Part shown: positions 37,101 through 51,700 of the stretch, one piece after another | Numbering within the stretch: the first letter of the stretch is position 1 | How the letters are laid out: each line of letters begins with the position of its first letter | Assembly (NCBI GenBank): GCA_965235115.1 | Contig: OZ249436.1 | Span: forward strand, 2,544,001 to 2,608,000 | From: Laetmonice hystrix | Taxonomy: Eukaryota | Length of the DNA stretch: 64,000 nt | Direction of reading: 5' to 3' | The notes under the pieces: model-generated | Database searches by the model: none | What the model saw: only the letters and a program-made list of their open reading frames with translations | What the model was told of the DNA's origin: nothing | Program-made: the position numbers and the translations under genes

Positions 37101-39761
37101 CAATGTTGTCAGGTCGTCCCAATGACTGTTTGCCGTAAGGCTTTAGTTAACAATGGAAAATGACGTTGTACGCCTTTTCTATATCAGATATCTCATCCCC
37201 AAGTAACAAACAAACAAAGGAAGGTTACCGAGATTTTGCAGGCAAGAAACACCAGGGTGCAGCACAACTGCACTGAAGCGGGGGGGGGGCACTCCGACTG
37301 CACTGCTACCTTCCGGCTAGCGGTGGAATCACCACGTACTGGCAGGCACCTGTGGCTCTGAGGCGAGAGACAGGTTAGGGCAATGATAAGCGAAAAATGG
37401 CTACATTTTTGATGCGTCAAATTGAAACTAAGCGTCCCAAAATTATGATTCTTAAGCCAGATGTACGACTGTCAAACATATAGGTCTCGTACGTTCGCTA
37501 CAGCTATATGGTTCTGATGTGTACACTTCCCATTTGAGCATGTTCTCCAGATTTTAACATTAAATGCTCCTCGCCTGTACCTTTCATTTCCACTACCTCA
37601 CTGTAGTGTTTGCACCTTTCATTAGGCCAGTCGGTAAGATTTAAGGATTTCTCACTCTACTGGTTGGCCTTCCCCACTGCTTGGCCCCACAGTGTACTGT
37701 TTGGCCTCACTGTAGGCCTACTCTTAGGCCTTACTGTAGTGTTTGCCGTAAAGCTTTAGTTAACAATGGAAAATGACGTTGTACGCCTTTTCTATATCAG
37801 ATATCCCATCCCCATGTAACAAACAAACAAAGGAAGGTTACCGAGATTTTGCAGGCAAGAAACACCAGGGTGCAGCACAACTGCACTGAAGGGGGGGGGG
37901 GGGGGTCTCCGACTGCACTGCTACCTTCCGGCTAGCGGTGGAATCACCACGTACTGGCAGGCACCTGTGGCTCTGAGGCGAGAGACAGGTTAAGGCAATG
38001 ATAAGCGAAAAATGGCTACATTTTTTATGCGTCAAATTGAAACTAAGCCCCCCAAAATTATTATTCTTAGGCCAGATGTACGACTGTCAAACGTATAGGT
38101 CTCGTACGTTCGCTACAGATATATGGTTGTGATGTGTACACTTCGCATTTGAGTACCTTCTCCAGATGTTAACATTAGATGCTCCTCGCCTGTACCTTTC
38201 ATTTCCACTACCTCACTGTAGTGTTTGCATGGGTACTAGGCCAGCCGGTAAGATTTAATGATTTCTCACTCTACTGGTTGGCCTTCCCCACTGCTTGGCC
38301 CCACAGCATACTGTTTGGCCTCACTGTAGGCCTACTCTTTGGCCTCACTGTAGTGTTCGCTTGGGTGCTAGGCCAGACAGTATACTTTGTAGCGATTCCT
38401 CCCTTACTGTTTGGTCTTCCTCTACCGTTTGCTTGTATACAAGAGTAGCCAGTAGTATAGGGACGCCTCATGTTTCATGTTTCCATGCCTTTATTGTCCA
38501 GGAGGAAGGCCATCCGTTTCGTCTATCAATTACTCCTATCTAATCTATGTCCCCTCCAGACCATCTGTAGGCGTCCGACAACGTTGTCAGGTCGTCCCAA
38601 TGACTGTTTGCCGTAAAGCTTTAGTTAACAATGGAAAATGACGTTGTACGCCTTTTCTATATCAGAAATCCCATCCCCAAGTAACAAACAAACAAAGGAA
38701 GGTTACCGAGATTTTGCCGGCAAGAAACACCAGGGTGCAGCACAACTGCACTGAAGCGGAGGGGGGGGGGGGTCCCCGACTGCACTGCTACCTTGCGGCT
38801 AGCGGTGGAATCACCACGTACTGGCAGGCACCTGCGGCTCTGAGGCGAGAGACAGGTTAAGGCAATGATAAGCGAAAAATGGCTACATTTTTGATGCGTC
38901 AAATTGAAACTAAGCGTCCCAAAATTATGATTCTTAGGCCAGATGTACGACTGTCAAACGTATAGGTCTCGTACGTTCGCTACAGGTATACGGTTGTGAT
39001 GTGTACACTTCGCATTTGAGTATCTTCTCCAGATGTTAACATTAGATGCTCCTCGCCTGTACCTTTCATTTCCACTACCTCACTGTAGTGTTTGCACCTT
39101 TCATTAGGCCAGCCGGTAAGATTTAACGATTTTCCACTCTACTGGTTGGCCTTCCCCACTGCTTGGCCCCACAGCATACTGTTTGGCCTCACTGTAGGCC
39201 TACTCTTTGGCCTCACTGTAGTGTTCGCTTGGGTGCTAGGCCAGACGGTATACCTTGTAGCCATTCCTCCCTGTACTGTTTGGTCTTCCTCTACCGTTTG
39301 CTTGTATACAAGGGTAGCCAGTAGTATAGGGACGCCTCATGTTTCATGTTTCCATGCCTTTATTGTCCAGGACGAAGGCCATCCGTTTCGTCTATCATCT
39401 ACTCCCATCTAATCTATGTCCCCCACAGACCATCTGTAAGCATCCGACAACGTTGTCAGGTCGTCCCAATGACTGTTTGCCGTAAAGCTTTAGTTAACAA
39501 TGGAAAATGACGTTGTACGCCTTTTCTATATCAGATATCCCATCCCCAAGTAACAAACAAACAAAGGAAGGTTACCGAGATTTTGCAGGCAAGAAACACC
39601 AGGGTGCAGCACAACTGCACCGAAGCGGGGGGGGGGGGTCTCCGACTGCACTGCTACCTTCCGGCTAGCGGTGGAATCACCACGTACTGGCAGGCACCTA
39701 TGGCTCTGAGGCGAGAGACAGGTTAAGGCAATGCGAAAAATGCGAATAAGCGAAAAATGGC
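13163..39761. repeat. HOR domain 3: eight A-B-C-(D)0-2 units (~2.3, ~3.2 or ~4.1 kb)
   Basis: Unit starts at 13163, 16374, 20463, 24554, 27764, 30108, 33331 and 36537. The A-B-C core is invariant and the number of D monomers varies. Confidence 0.92.
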
Positions 39762-42700
39762 TACATTTTTGATGCGTCAAATTGAAACTAAGCCTCCCAA
39801 AATTATGATTCTTAGGCCAGATGTACGACTGTCAAACGTATAGGTCTCGTACGTTCGCTACAGATATATGGTTGTGATGTGTACACTTCCCATTTGAGCA
39901 TGTTCTCCAGATTTTAACATTAGATGCTCCTCGCCTGTACCTTTCATTTCCACTACCTCACTGTAGTGTGGTGTTTGCACCTTTCATTAGGCCAGCCGGT
40001 AAGATTTAACGATTTTCCACTCTACTGGTTGGCCTTCCCCACTGCTTGGCCCCACAGCATACTGTTTGGCCTCACTGTAGGCCTACTCTTTGGCCTCACT
40101 GTAGTGTTCGCTTGGGTGCTAGGCCAGACAGTATACCTTGTAGCCATTCCTCCCTGTACTGTTTGGTCTTCCTCTACCGTTTGCTTGTATACAAGAGTAG
40201 CCAGTAGTATAGGGACGCCTCATGTTTCATGTTTCCATGCCTTTATTGTCCAGGACGAAGGCCATCCGTTTCGTCTATACTCTACTCCCATCTAATCTAT
40301 GTCCCCCACAGACCATCTGTAAGCATCCGACAACGTTGTCAGGTCGTCCCAATGACTGTTTGCCGTAAAGCTTTAGTTAACAATGGAAAATGACGTTGTA
40401 CGCCTTTTCTATATCAGATATCCCATCCCCAAGTAACAAACAAACAAAGGAAGGTTACCGAGATTTTGCAGGCAAGAAACACCAGGGTGCAGCACAACTG
40501 CACCGAAGCGGGGGGGGGGGTCTCCGACTGCACTGCTACCTTCCGGCTAGCGGTGGAATCACCACGTACTGGCAGGCACCTGTGGCTCTGAGGCGAGAGA
40601 CAGGTTAAGGCAATGATAAGCGAAAAATGGCTACATTTTTTATGCGTCAAATTGAAACTAAGCCCCCCCAAAATTATTATTCTTAGGCCAGATGTACGAC
40701 TGTCAAACGTATAGGTCTCGTACGTTCGCTACAGATATATGGTTGTGATGTGTACACTTCGCATTTGAGTATCTTCTCCAGATGTTAACATTAGATGCTC
40801 CTCGCCTGTACCTTTCATTTCCACTACCTCACTGTAGTGTTTGCATGGGTACTAGGCCAGCCGGTAAGATTTAATTATTTCTCACTCTACTGGTTGGCCT
40901 TCCCCACTGCTTGGCCCCACAGTGTACTGTTTGGCCTCACTGTAGGCCTACTCTTTGGCCTCACTGTAGTGTTCGCTTGGGTGCTAGGCCAGACAGTATA
41001 CTTTGTAGCGATTCCTCCCTTACTGTTTGGTCTTCCTCTACCGTTTGCTTGTATACAAGAGTAGCCAGTAGTATAGGGACGCCTCATGTTTCATGTTTCC
41101 ATGCCTTTATTGTCCAGGAGGAAGGCCATCCGTTTCGTCTATCAATTACTCCCATCTAATCTATGTCCCCTCCAGACCATCTGTAAGCGTCCGACAACGT
41201 TGTAAGGTCGTCCCAATGACTGTTTGCCGTAAAGCTTTAGTTAACAATGGAAAATGACGTTGTACGCCTTTTCTATATCAGAAATCCCATCCCCAAGTAA
41301 CAAACAAACAAAGGAAGGTTACCGAGATTTTGCCGGCAAGAAACACCAGGGTGCAGCACAACTGCACTGAAGCGGAGGGGGGGGGGGTCCCCGACTGCAC
41401 TGCTACCTTGCGGCTAGCGGTGGAATCACCACGTACTGGCAGGCACCTGCGGCTCTGAGGCGAGAGACAGGTTAAGGCAATGATAAGCGAAAAATGGCTA
41501 CATTTTTGATGCGTCAAATTGAAACTAAGCGTCCCAAAATTATGATTCTTAGGCCAGATGTACGACTGTCAAACGTATAGGTCTCGTACGTTCGCTACAG
41601 GTATACGGTTGTGATGTGTACACTTCGCATTTGAGTATCTTCTCCAGATGTTAACATTAGATGCTCCTCGCCTGTACCTTTCATTTCCACTACCTCACTG
41701 TAGTGTTTGCACCTTTCATTAGGCCAGCCGGTAAGATTTAACGATTTTCCACTCTACTGGTTGGCCTTCCCCACTGCTTGGCCCCACGGCATACTGTTTG
41801 GCCTCACTGTAGGCCTACTCTTTGGCCTCACTGTAGTGTTCGCTTGGGTGCTAGGCCAGACGGTATACCTTGTAGCCATTCCTCCCTGTACTGTTTGGTC
41901 TTCCTCTACCGTTTGCTTGTATACAAGGGTAGCCAGTAGTATAGGGACGCCTCATGTTTCATGTTTCCATGCCTTTATTGTCCAGGACGAAGGCCATCCG
42001 TTTCGTCTATCATCTACTCCCATCTAATCTATGTCCCCCACAGACCATCTGTAAGCATCCGACAACGTTGTCAGGTCGTCCCAATGACTGTTTGCCGTAA
42101 AGCTTTAGTTAACAATGGAAAATGACGTTGTACGCCTTTTCTATATCAGATATCCCATCCCCAAGTAACAAACAAACAAAGGAAGGTTACCGAGATTTTG
42201 CAGGCAAGAAACACCAGGGTGCAGCACAACTGCACCGAAGCGGGGGGGGGGGGTCTCCGACTGCACTGCTACCTTCCGGCTAGCGGTGGAATCACCACGT
42301 ACTGGCAGGCACCTGTGGCTCTGAGGCGAGAGACAGGTTAAGGCAATGATAAGCAAAAAATGGCTACATTTTTTTTGCGTCAAATTGAAACTAAGCCCCC
42401 CAAAATTATTATTCTTAGGCCAGATGTACGACTGTCAAACGTATAGGTCTCGTACGTTCGCTACAGATATATGGTTGTGATGTGTACACTTCGCATTTGA
42501 GTATCTTCTCCAGATGTTAACATTAGATGCTCCTCGCCTGTACCTTTCATTTCCACTACCTCACTGTAGTGTTTGCATGGGTACTAGGCCAGCCGGTAAG
42601 ATTTAATTATTTCTCACTCTACTGGTTGGCCTTCCCCACTGCTTGGCCCCACAGTGTACTGTTTGGCCTCACTGTAGGCCTACTCTTTGGCCTCACTGTA

Positions 42701-45700
42701 GTGTTCGCTTGGGTGCTAGGCCAGACAGTATACTTTGTAGCGATTCCTCCCTTACTGTTTGGTCTTCCTCTACCGTTTGCTTGTATACAAGAGTAGCCAG
42801 TAGTATAGGGACGCCTCATGTTTCATGTTTCCATGCCTTTATTGTCCAGGAGGAAGGCCATCCGTTTCGTCTATCAATTACTCCCATCTAATCTATGTCC
42901 CCTCCAGACCATCTGTAAGCGTCCGACAACGTTGTCAGGTCGTCCCAATGACTGTTTGCCGTAAAGCTTTAGTTAACAATGGAAAATGACGTTGTACGCC
43001 TTTTCTATAGCAGAAATCCCATCCCCAAGTAACAAACAAACAAAGGAAGGTTACCGAGATTTTGCCGGCAAGAAACACCAGGGTGCAGCACAACTGCACT
43101 GAAGCGGAGGGGGGGGGGGTCCCCGACTGCACTGCTACCTTGCGGCTTGCGGTGGAATCACCACGTACTGGCAGGCACCTGCGGCTCTGAGGCGAGAGAC
43201 AGGTTAAGGCAATGATAAGCGAAAAATGGCTACATTTTTGATGCGTCAAATTGAAACTAAGCGTCCCAAAATTATGATTCTTAGGCCAGATGTACGACTG
43301 TCAAACGTATAGGTCTCGTACGTTCGCTACAGGTATACGGTTGTGATGTGTACACTTCGCATTTGAGTATCTTCTCCAGATGTTAACATTAGATGCTCCT
43401 CGCCTGTACCTTTCATTTCCACTACCTCACTGTAGTGTTTGCACCTTTCATTAGGCCAGCCGGTAAGATTTAACGATTTTCCACCCTACTGGTTGGCCTT
43501 CCCCACTGCTTGGCCCCACAGCATACTGTTTGGCCTCACTGTAGGCCTACTCTTTGGCCTCACTGTAGTGTTCGCTTGGGTGCTAGGCCAGACGGTATAC
43601 CTTGTAGCCATTCCTCCCTGTACTGTTTGGTCTTCCTCTACCGTTTGCTTGTATACAAGGGTAGCCAGTAGTATAGGGACGCCTCATGTTTCATGTTTCC
43701 ATGCCTTTATTGTCCAGGACGAAGGCCATCCGTTTCGTCTATCATCTACTCCCATCTAATCTATGTCCCCCACAGACCATCTGTAAGCATCCGACAACGT
43801 TGTCAGGTCGTCCCAATGACTGTTTGCCGTAAAGCTTTAGTTAACAATGGAAAATGACGTTGTACGCCTTTTCTATATCAGATATCCCATCCCCAAGTAA
43901 CAAACAAACAAAGGAAGGTTACCGAGATTTTGCAGGCAAGAAACACCAGGGTGCAGCACAACTGCACCGAAGCGGGGGGGGGGTCTCCGACTGCACTGCT
44001 ACCTTCCGGCTAGCGGTGGAATCACCACGTACTGGCAGGCACCTATGGGTCTGAGGCGAGAGACAGGCTAAGGCAATGCGAAAAATGCGAATAAGCGAAA
44101 AATGGCTACATTTTTGATGCGTCAAATTGAAACTAAGCCTCCCAAAATTATGATTCTTAGGCCAGATGTACGACTGTCAAACGTATAGGTCTCGTACGTT
44201 CGCTACAGATATATGGTTGTGATGTGTACACTTCCCATTTGAGCATGTTCTCCAGATTTTAACATTAGATGCTCCTCGCCTGTACCTTTCATTTCCACTA
44301 CCTCACTGTAGTGTTTGCACCTTTCATTAGGCCAGCCGGTAAGATTTAACGATTTTCCACTCTACTGGTTGGCCTTCCCCACTGCTTGGCCCCACAGCAT
44401 ACTGTTTGGCCTCACTGTAGGCCTACTCTTTGGCCTCACTGTAGTGTTCGCTTGGGTGCTAGGCCAGACAGTATACCTTGTAGCCATTCCTCCCTGTACT
44501 GTTTGGTCTTCCTCTACCGTTTGCTTGTATACAAGAGTAGCCAGTAGTATAGGGACGCCTCATGTTTCATGTTTCCATGCCTTTATTGTCCAGGACGAAG
44601 GCCATCCGTTTCGTCTATCATCTACTCCCATCTAATCTATGTCCCCCACAGACCATCTGTAAGCATCCGACAACGTTGTCAGGTCGTCCCAATGACTGTT
44701 TGCCGTAAAGCTTTAGTTACCAATGGAAAATGACGTTGTACGCCTTTTCTATATCAGATATCCCATCCCCAAGTAACAAACAAACAAAGGAAGGTTACCG
44801 AGATTTTGCAGGCAAGAAACACCAGGGTGCAGCACAACTGCACCGAAGCGGGGGGGGGGGGGTCTCCGACTGCACTGCTACCTTCCGGCTAGCGGTGGAA
44901 TCACCACGTACTGGCAGGCACCTGTGGCTCTGAGGCGAGAGACAGGTTAAGGCAATGATAAGCGAAAAATGGCTACATTTTTTATGCGTCAAATTGAAAC
45001 TAAGCCCCCCAAAATTATTATTCTTAGGCCAGATGTACGACTGTCAAACGTATAGGTCTCGTACGTTCGCTACAGATATATGGTTGTGATGTGTACACTT
45101 CGCATTTGAGTACCTTCTCCAGATGTTAACATTAGATGCTCCTCGCCTGTACCTTTCATTTCCACTACCTCACTGTAGTGTTTGCATGGGTACTAGGCCA
45201 GCCGGTAAAATTTAATTATTTCTCACTCTACTGGTTGGCCTTCCCCACTGCTTGGCCCCACAGTGTACTGTTTGGCCTCACTGTAGGCCTACTCTTTGGC
45301 CTCACTGTAGTGTTCGCTTGGGTGCTAGGCCAGACAGTATACTTTGTAGCGATTCCTCCCTTACTGTTTGGTCTTCCTCTACCGTTTGCTTGTATACAAG
45401 AGTAGCCAGTAGTATAGGGACGCCTCATGTTTCATGTTTCCATGCCTTTATTGTCCAGGAGGAAGGCCATCCGTTTCGTCTATCAATTACTCCCATCTAA
45501 TCTATGTCCCCTCCAGACCATCTGTAGGCGTCCGACAACGTTGTCAGGTCGTCCCAATGACTGTTTGCCGTAAAGCTTTAGTTAACAATGGAAAATGACG
45601 TTGTACGCCTTTTCTATATCAGAAATCCCATCCCCAAGTAACAAACAAACAAAGGAAGGTTACCGAGATTTTGCCGGCCAGAAACACCAGGGTGCAGCAC

Positions 45701-48700
45701 AACTGCACTGAAGCGGAGGGGGGGGGTCCCCGACTGCACTGCTACCTTGCGGCTAGCGGTGGAATCACCACGTACTGGCAGGCACCTATGGCTCTGAGGC
45801 GAGAGACAGGTTAAGGCAATGCGAAAAATGCGAATAAGCGAAAAATGGCTACATTTTTGATGCGTCAAATTGAAACTAAGCCTCCCAAAATTATGATTCT
45901 TAGGCCAGATGTACGACTGTCAAACGTATAGGTCTCGTACGTTCGCTACAGATATATGGTTGTGATGTGTACACTTCCCATTTGAGCATGTTCTCCAGAT
46001 TTTAACATTAGATGCTCCTCGCCTGTACCTTTCATTTCCACTACCTCACTGTAGTGTTTGCACCTTTCATTAGGCCAGCCGGTAAGATTTAACGATTTTC
46101 CACTCTACTGGTTGGCCTTCCCCACTGCTTGGCCCCACAGCATACTGTTTGGCCTCACTGTAGGCCTACTCTTTGGCCTCACTGTAGTGTTCGCTTGGGT
46201 GCTAGGCCAGACAGTATACCTTGTAGCCATTCCTCCCTGTACTGTTTGGTCTTCCTCTACCGTTTGCTTGTATACAAGAGTAGCCAGTAGTATAGGGACG
46301 CCTCATGTTTCATGTTTCCATGCCTTTATTGTCCAGGACGAAGGCCATCCGTTTCGTCTATACTCTACTCCCATCTAATCTATGTCCCCCACAGACCATC
46401 TGTAAGCATCCGACAACGTTGTCAGGTCGTCCCAATGACTGTTTGCCGTAAAGCTTTAGTTAACAATGGAAAATGACGTTGTACGCCTTTTCTATATCAG
46501 ATATCCCATCCCCAAGTAACAAACAAACAAAGGAAGGTTACCGAGATTTTGCAGGCAAGAAACACCAGGGTGCAGCACAACTGCACCGAAGCGGGGGGGG
46601 GGGGGTCTCCGACTGCACTGCTACCTTCCGGCTAGCGGTGGAATCACCACGTACTGGCAGGCACCTGTGGCTCTGAGGCGAGAGACAGGTTAAGGCAATG
46701 ATAAGCGAAAAATGGCTACATTTTTTATGCGTCAAATTGAAACTAAGCCCCCCAAAATTATGATTCTTAGGCCAGATGTACGACTGTCAAACGTATAGGT
46801 CTCGTACGTTCGCTACAGATATATGGTTGTGATGTGTACACTTCGCATTTGAGTATCTTCTCCAGATGTTAACATTAGATGCTCCTCGCCTGTACCTTTC
46901 ATTTCCACTACCTCACTGTAGTGTTTGCATGGGTACTAGGCCAGCCGGTAAGATTTAATTATTTCTCACTCTACTGGTTGGCCTTCCCCACTGCTTGGCC
47001 CCACAGTGTACTGTTTGGCCTCACTGTAGGCCTACTCTTTGGCCTCACTGTAGTGTTCGCTTGGGTGCTAGGCCAGACAGTATACTTTGTAGCGATTCCT
47101 CCCTTACTGTTTGGTCTTCCTCTACCGTTTGCTTGTATACAAGAGTAGCCAGTAGTATAGGGACGCCTCATGTTTCATGTTTCCATGCCTTTATTGTCCA
47201 GGAGGAAGGCCATCCGTTTCGTCTATCAATTACTCCCATCTAATCTATGTCCCCTCCAGACCATCTGTAAGCGTCCGACAACGTTGTAAGGTCGTCCCAA
47301 TGACTGTTTGCCGTAAAGCTTTAGTTAACAATGGAAAATGACGTTGTACGCCTTTTCTATATCAGAAATCCCATCCCCAAGTAACAAACAAACAAAGGAA
47401 GGTTACCGAGATTTTGCCGGCAAGAAACACCAGGGTGCAGCACAACTGCACTGAAGCGGAGGGGGGCGGGGTCCCCGACTGCACTGCTACCTTGCGGCTA
47501 GCGGTGGAATCACCACGTACTGGCAGGCACCTGCGGCTCTGAGGCGAGAGACAGGTTAAGGCAATGATAAGCGAAAAATGGCTACATTTTTGATGCGTCA
47601 AATTGAAAAAAAACTAAGCGTCCCGAAATTATGATTCTTAGGCCAGATGTACGACTGTCAAACGTATAGGTCTCGTACGTTCGCTACAGGTATACGGTTG
47701 TGATGTGTACACTTCGCATTTGAGTATCTTCTCCAGATGTTAACATTAGATGCTCCTCGCCTGTACCTTTCATTTCCACTACCTCACTGTAGTGTTTGCA
47801 CCTTTCATTAGGCCAGCCGGTAAGATTTAACGATTTTCCACTCTACTGGTTGGCCTTCCCCACTGCTTGGCCCCACAGCATACTGTTTGGCCTCACTGTA
47901 GGCCTACTCTTTGGCCTCACTGTAGTGTTCGCTTGGGTGCTAGGCCAGACGGTATACCTTGTAGCCATTCCTCCCTGTACTGTTTGGTCTTCCTCTACCG
48001 TTTGCTTGTATACAAGGGTAGCCAGTAGTATAGGGACGCCTCATGTTTCATGTTTCCATGCCTTTATTGTCCAGGACGAAGGCCATCCGTTTCGTCTATC
48101 ATCTACTCCCATCTAATCTATGTCCCCCACAGACCATCTGTAAGCATCCGACAACGTTGTCAGGTCGTCCCAATGACTGTTTGCCGTAAAGCTTTAGTTA
48201 ACAATGGAAAATGACGTTGTACGCCTTTTCTATATCAGATATCCCATCCCCAAGTAACAAACAAACAAAGGAAGGTTACCGAGATTTTGCAGGCAAGAAA
48301 CACCAGGGTGCAGCACAACTGCACCGAAGCGGGGGGGGGTCTCCGACTGCACTGCTACCTTCCGGCTAGCGGTGGAATCACCACGTACTGGCAGGCACCT
48401 CTGGCTCTGAGGCGAGAGACAGGTTAAGGCAATGCGAAAAATGCGAATAAGCGAAAAATGGCTACATTTTTGATGCGTCAAATTGAAACTAAGCCCCCCA
48501 AAATTATTATTCTTAGGCCAGATGTACGACTGTCAAACGTATAGGTCTCGTACGTTCGCTACAGATATATGGTTGTGATGTGTACACTTCGCATTTGAGT
48601 ATCTTCTCCAGATGTTAACATTAGATGCTCCTCGCCTGTACCTTTCATTTCCACTACCTCACTGTAGTGTTTGCATGGGTACTAGGCCAGCCGGTAAGAT

Positions 48701-51700
48701 TTAATTATTTCTCACTCTACTGGTTGGCCTTCCCCACTGCTTGGCCCCACAGTGTACTGTTTGGCCTCACTGTAGGCCTACTCTTTGGCCTCACTGTAGT
48801 GTTCGCTTGGGTGCTAGGCCAGACAGTATACTTTGTAGCGATTCCTCCCTTACTGTTTGGTCTTCCTCTACCGTTTGCTTGTATACAAGAGTAGCCAGTA
48901 GTATAGGGACGCCTCATGTTTCATGTTTCCATGCCTTTATTGTCCAGGAGGAAGGCCATCCGTTTCGTCTATCAATTACTCCCATCTAATCTATGTCCCC
49001 TCCAGACCATCTGTAAGCGTCCGACAACGTTGTCAGGTCGTCCCAATGACTGTTTGCCGTAAAGCTTTAGTTAACAATGGAAAATGACGTTGTACGCCTT
49101 TTCTATATCAGAAATCCCATCCCCAAGTAACAAACAAACAAAGGAAGGTTACCGAGATTTTGCCGGCAAGAAACACCAGGGTGCAGCACAACTGCACTGA
49201 AGCGGAGGGGGGGGGGGTCCCCGACTGCACTGCTACCTTGCGGCTAGCGGTGGAATCACCACGTACTGGCAGGCACCTGCGGCTCTGAGGCGAGAGACAG
49301 GTTAAGGCAATGATAAGCGAAAAATGGCTACATTTTTGATGCGTCAAATTGAAACTAAGCGTCCCAAAATTATGATTCTTAGGCCAGATGTACGACTGTC
49401 AAACGTATAGGTCTCGTACGTTCGCTACAGGTATACGGTTGTGATGTGTACACTTCGCATTTGAGTATCTTCTCCAGATGTTAACATTAGATGCTCCTCG
49501 CCTGTACCTTTCATTTCCACTACCTCACTGTAGTGTTTGCACCTTTCATTAGGCCAGCCGGTAAGATTTAACGATTTTCCACTCTACTGGTTGGCCTTCC
49601 CCACTGCTTGGCCCCACAGCATACTGTTTGGCCTCACTGTAGGCCTACTCTTTGGCCTCACTGTAGTGTTCGCTTGGGTGCTAGGCCAGACGGTATACCT
49701 TGTAGCCATTCCTCCCTGTACTGTTTGGTCTTCCTCTACCGTTTGCTTGTATACAAGGGTAGCCAGTAGTATAGGGACGCCTCATGTTTCATGTTTCCAT
49801 GCCTTTATTGTCCAGGACGAAGGCCATCCGTTTCGTCTATCATCTACTCCCATCTAATCTATGTCCCCCACAGACCATCTGTAAGCATCCGACAACGTTG
49901 TCAGGTCGTCCCAATGACTGTTTGCCGTAAAGCTTTAGTTAACAATGGAAAATGACGTTGTACGCCTTTTCTATATCAGATATCCCATCCCCAAGTAACA
50001 AACAAACAAAGGAAGGTTACCGAGATTTTGCAGGCAAGAAACACCAGGGTGCAGCACAACTGCACCGAAGCGGGGGGGGGGGTCTCCGACTGCACTGCTA
50101 CCTTCCGGCTAGCGGTGGAATCACCACGTACTGGCAGGCACCTATGGGTCTGAGGCGAGAGACAGGCTAAGGCAATGCGAAAAATGCGAATAAGCGAAAA
50201 ATGGCTACATTTTTGATGCGTCAAATTGAAACTAAGCCTCCCAAAATTATGATTCTTAGGCCAGATGTACGACTGTCAAACGTATAGGTCTCGTACGTTC
50301 GCTACAGATATATGGTTGTGATGTGTACACTTCCCATTTGAGCATGTTCTCCAGATTTTAACATTAGATGCTCCTCGCCTGTACCTTTCATTTCCACTAC
50401 CTCACTGTAGTGTTTGCACCTTTCATTAGGCCAGCCGGTAAGATTTAACGATTTTCCACTCTACTGGTTGGCCTTCCCCACTGCTTGGCCCCACAGCATA
50501 CTGTTTGGCCTCACTGTAGGCCTACTCTTTGGCCTCACTGTAGTGTTCGCTTGGGTGCTAGGCCAGACAGTATACCTTGTAGCCATTCCTCCCTGTACTG
50601 TTTGGTCTTCCTCTACCGTTTGCTTGTATACAAGAGTAGCCAGTAGTATAGGGACGCCTCATGTTTCATGTTTCCATGCCTTTATTGTCCAGGACGAAGG
50701 CCATCCGTTTCGTCTATCATCTACTCCCATCTAATCTATGTCCCCGACAGACCATCTGTAAGCATCCGACAACGTTGTCAGGTCGTCCCAATGACTGTTT
50801 GCCGTAAAGCTTTAGTTAACAATGGAAAATGACGTTGTACGCCTTTTCTATATCAGATATCCCATCCCCAAGTAACAAACAAACAAAGGAAGGTTACCGA
50901 GATTTTGCAGGCAAGAAACACCAGGGTGCAGCACAACTGCACCGAAGCGGGGGGGGGGGTCTCCGACTGCACTGCTACCTTCCGGCTAGCGGTGGAATCA
51001 CCACGTACTGGCAGGCACCTGTGGCTCTGAGGCGAGAGACAGGTTAAGGCAATGATAAGCGAAAAATGGCTACATTTTTTTTGCGTCAAATTGAAACTAA
51101 GCCCCCCAAAATTATTATTCTTAGGCCAGATGTACGACTGTCAAACGTATAGGTCTCGTACGTTCGCTACAGATATATGGTTGTGATGTGTACACTTCGC
51201 ATTTGAGTATCTTCTCCAGATGTTAACATTAGATGCTCCTCGCCTGTACCTTTCATTTCCACTACCTCACTGTAGTGTTTGCATGGGTACTAGGCCAGCC
51301 GGTAAGATTTAATTATTTCTCACTCTACTGGTTGGCCTTCCCCACTGCTTGGCCCCACAGTGTACTGTTTGGCCTCACTGTAGGCCTACTCTTTGGCCTC
51401 ACTGTAGTGTTCGCTTGGGTGCTAGGCCAGACAGTATACTTTGTAGCGATTCCTCCCTTACTGTTTGGTCTTCCTCTACCGTTTGCTTGTATACAAGAGT
51501 AGCCAGTAGTATAGGGACGCCTCATGTTTCATGTTTCCATGCCTTTATTGTCCAGGAGGAAGGCCATCCGTTTCGTCTATCAATTACTCCCATCTAATCT
51601 ATGTCCCCTCCAGACCATCTGTAAGCGTCCGACAACGTTGTCAGGTCGTCCCAATGACTGTTTGCCGTAAAGCTTTAGTTAACAATGGAAACTGACGTTG

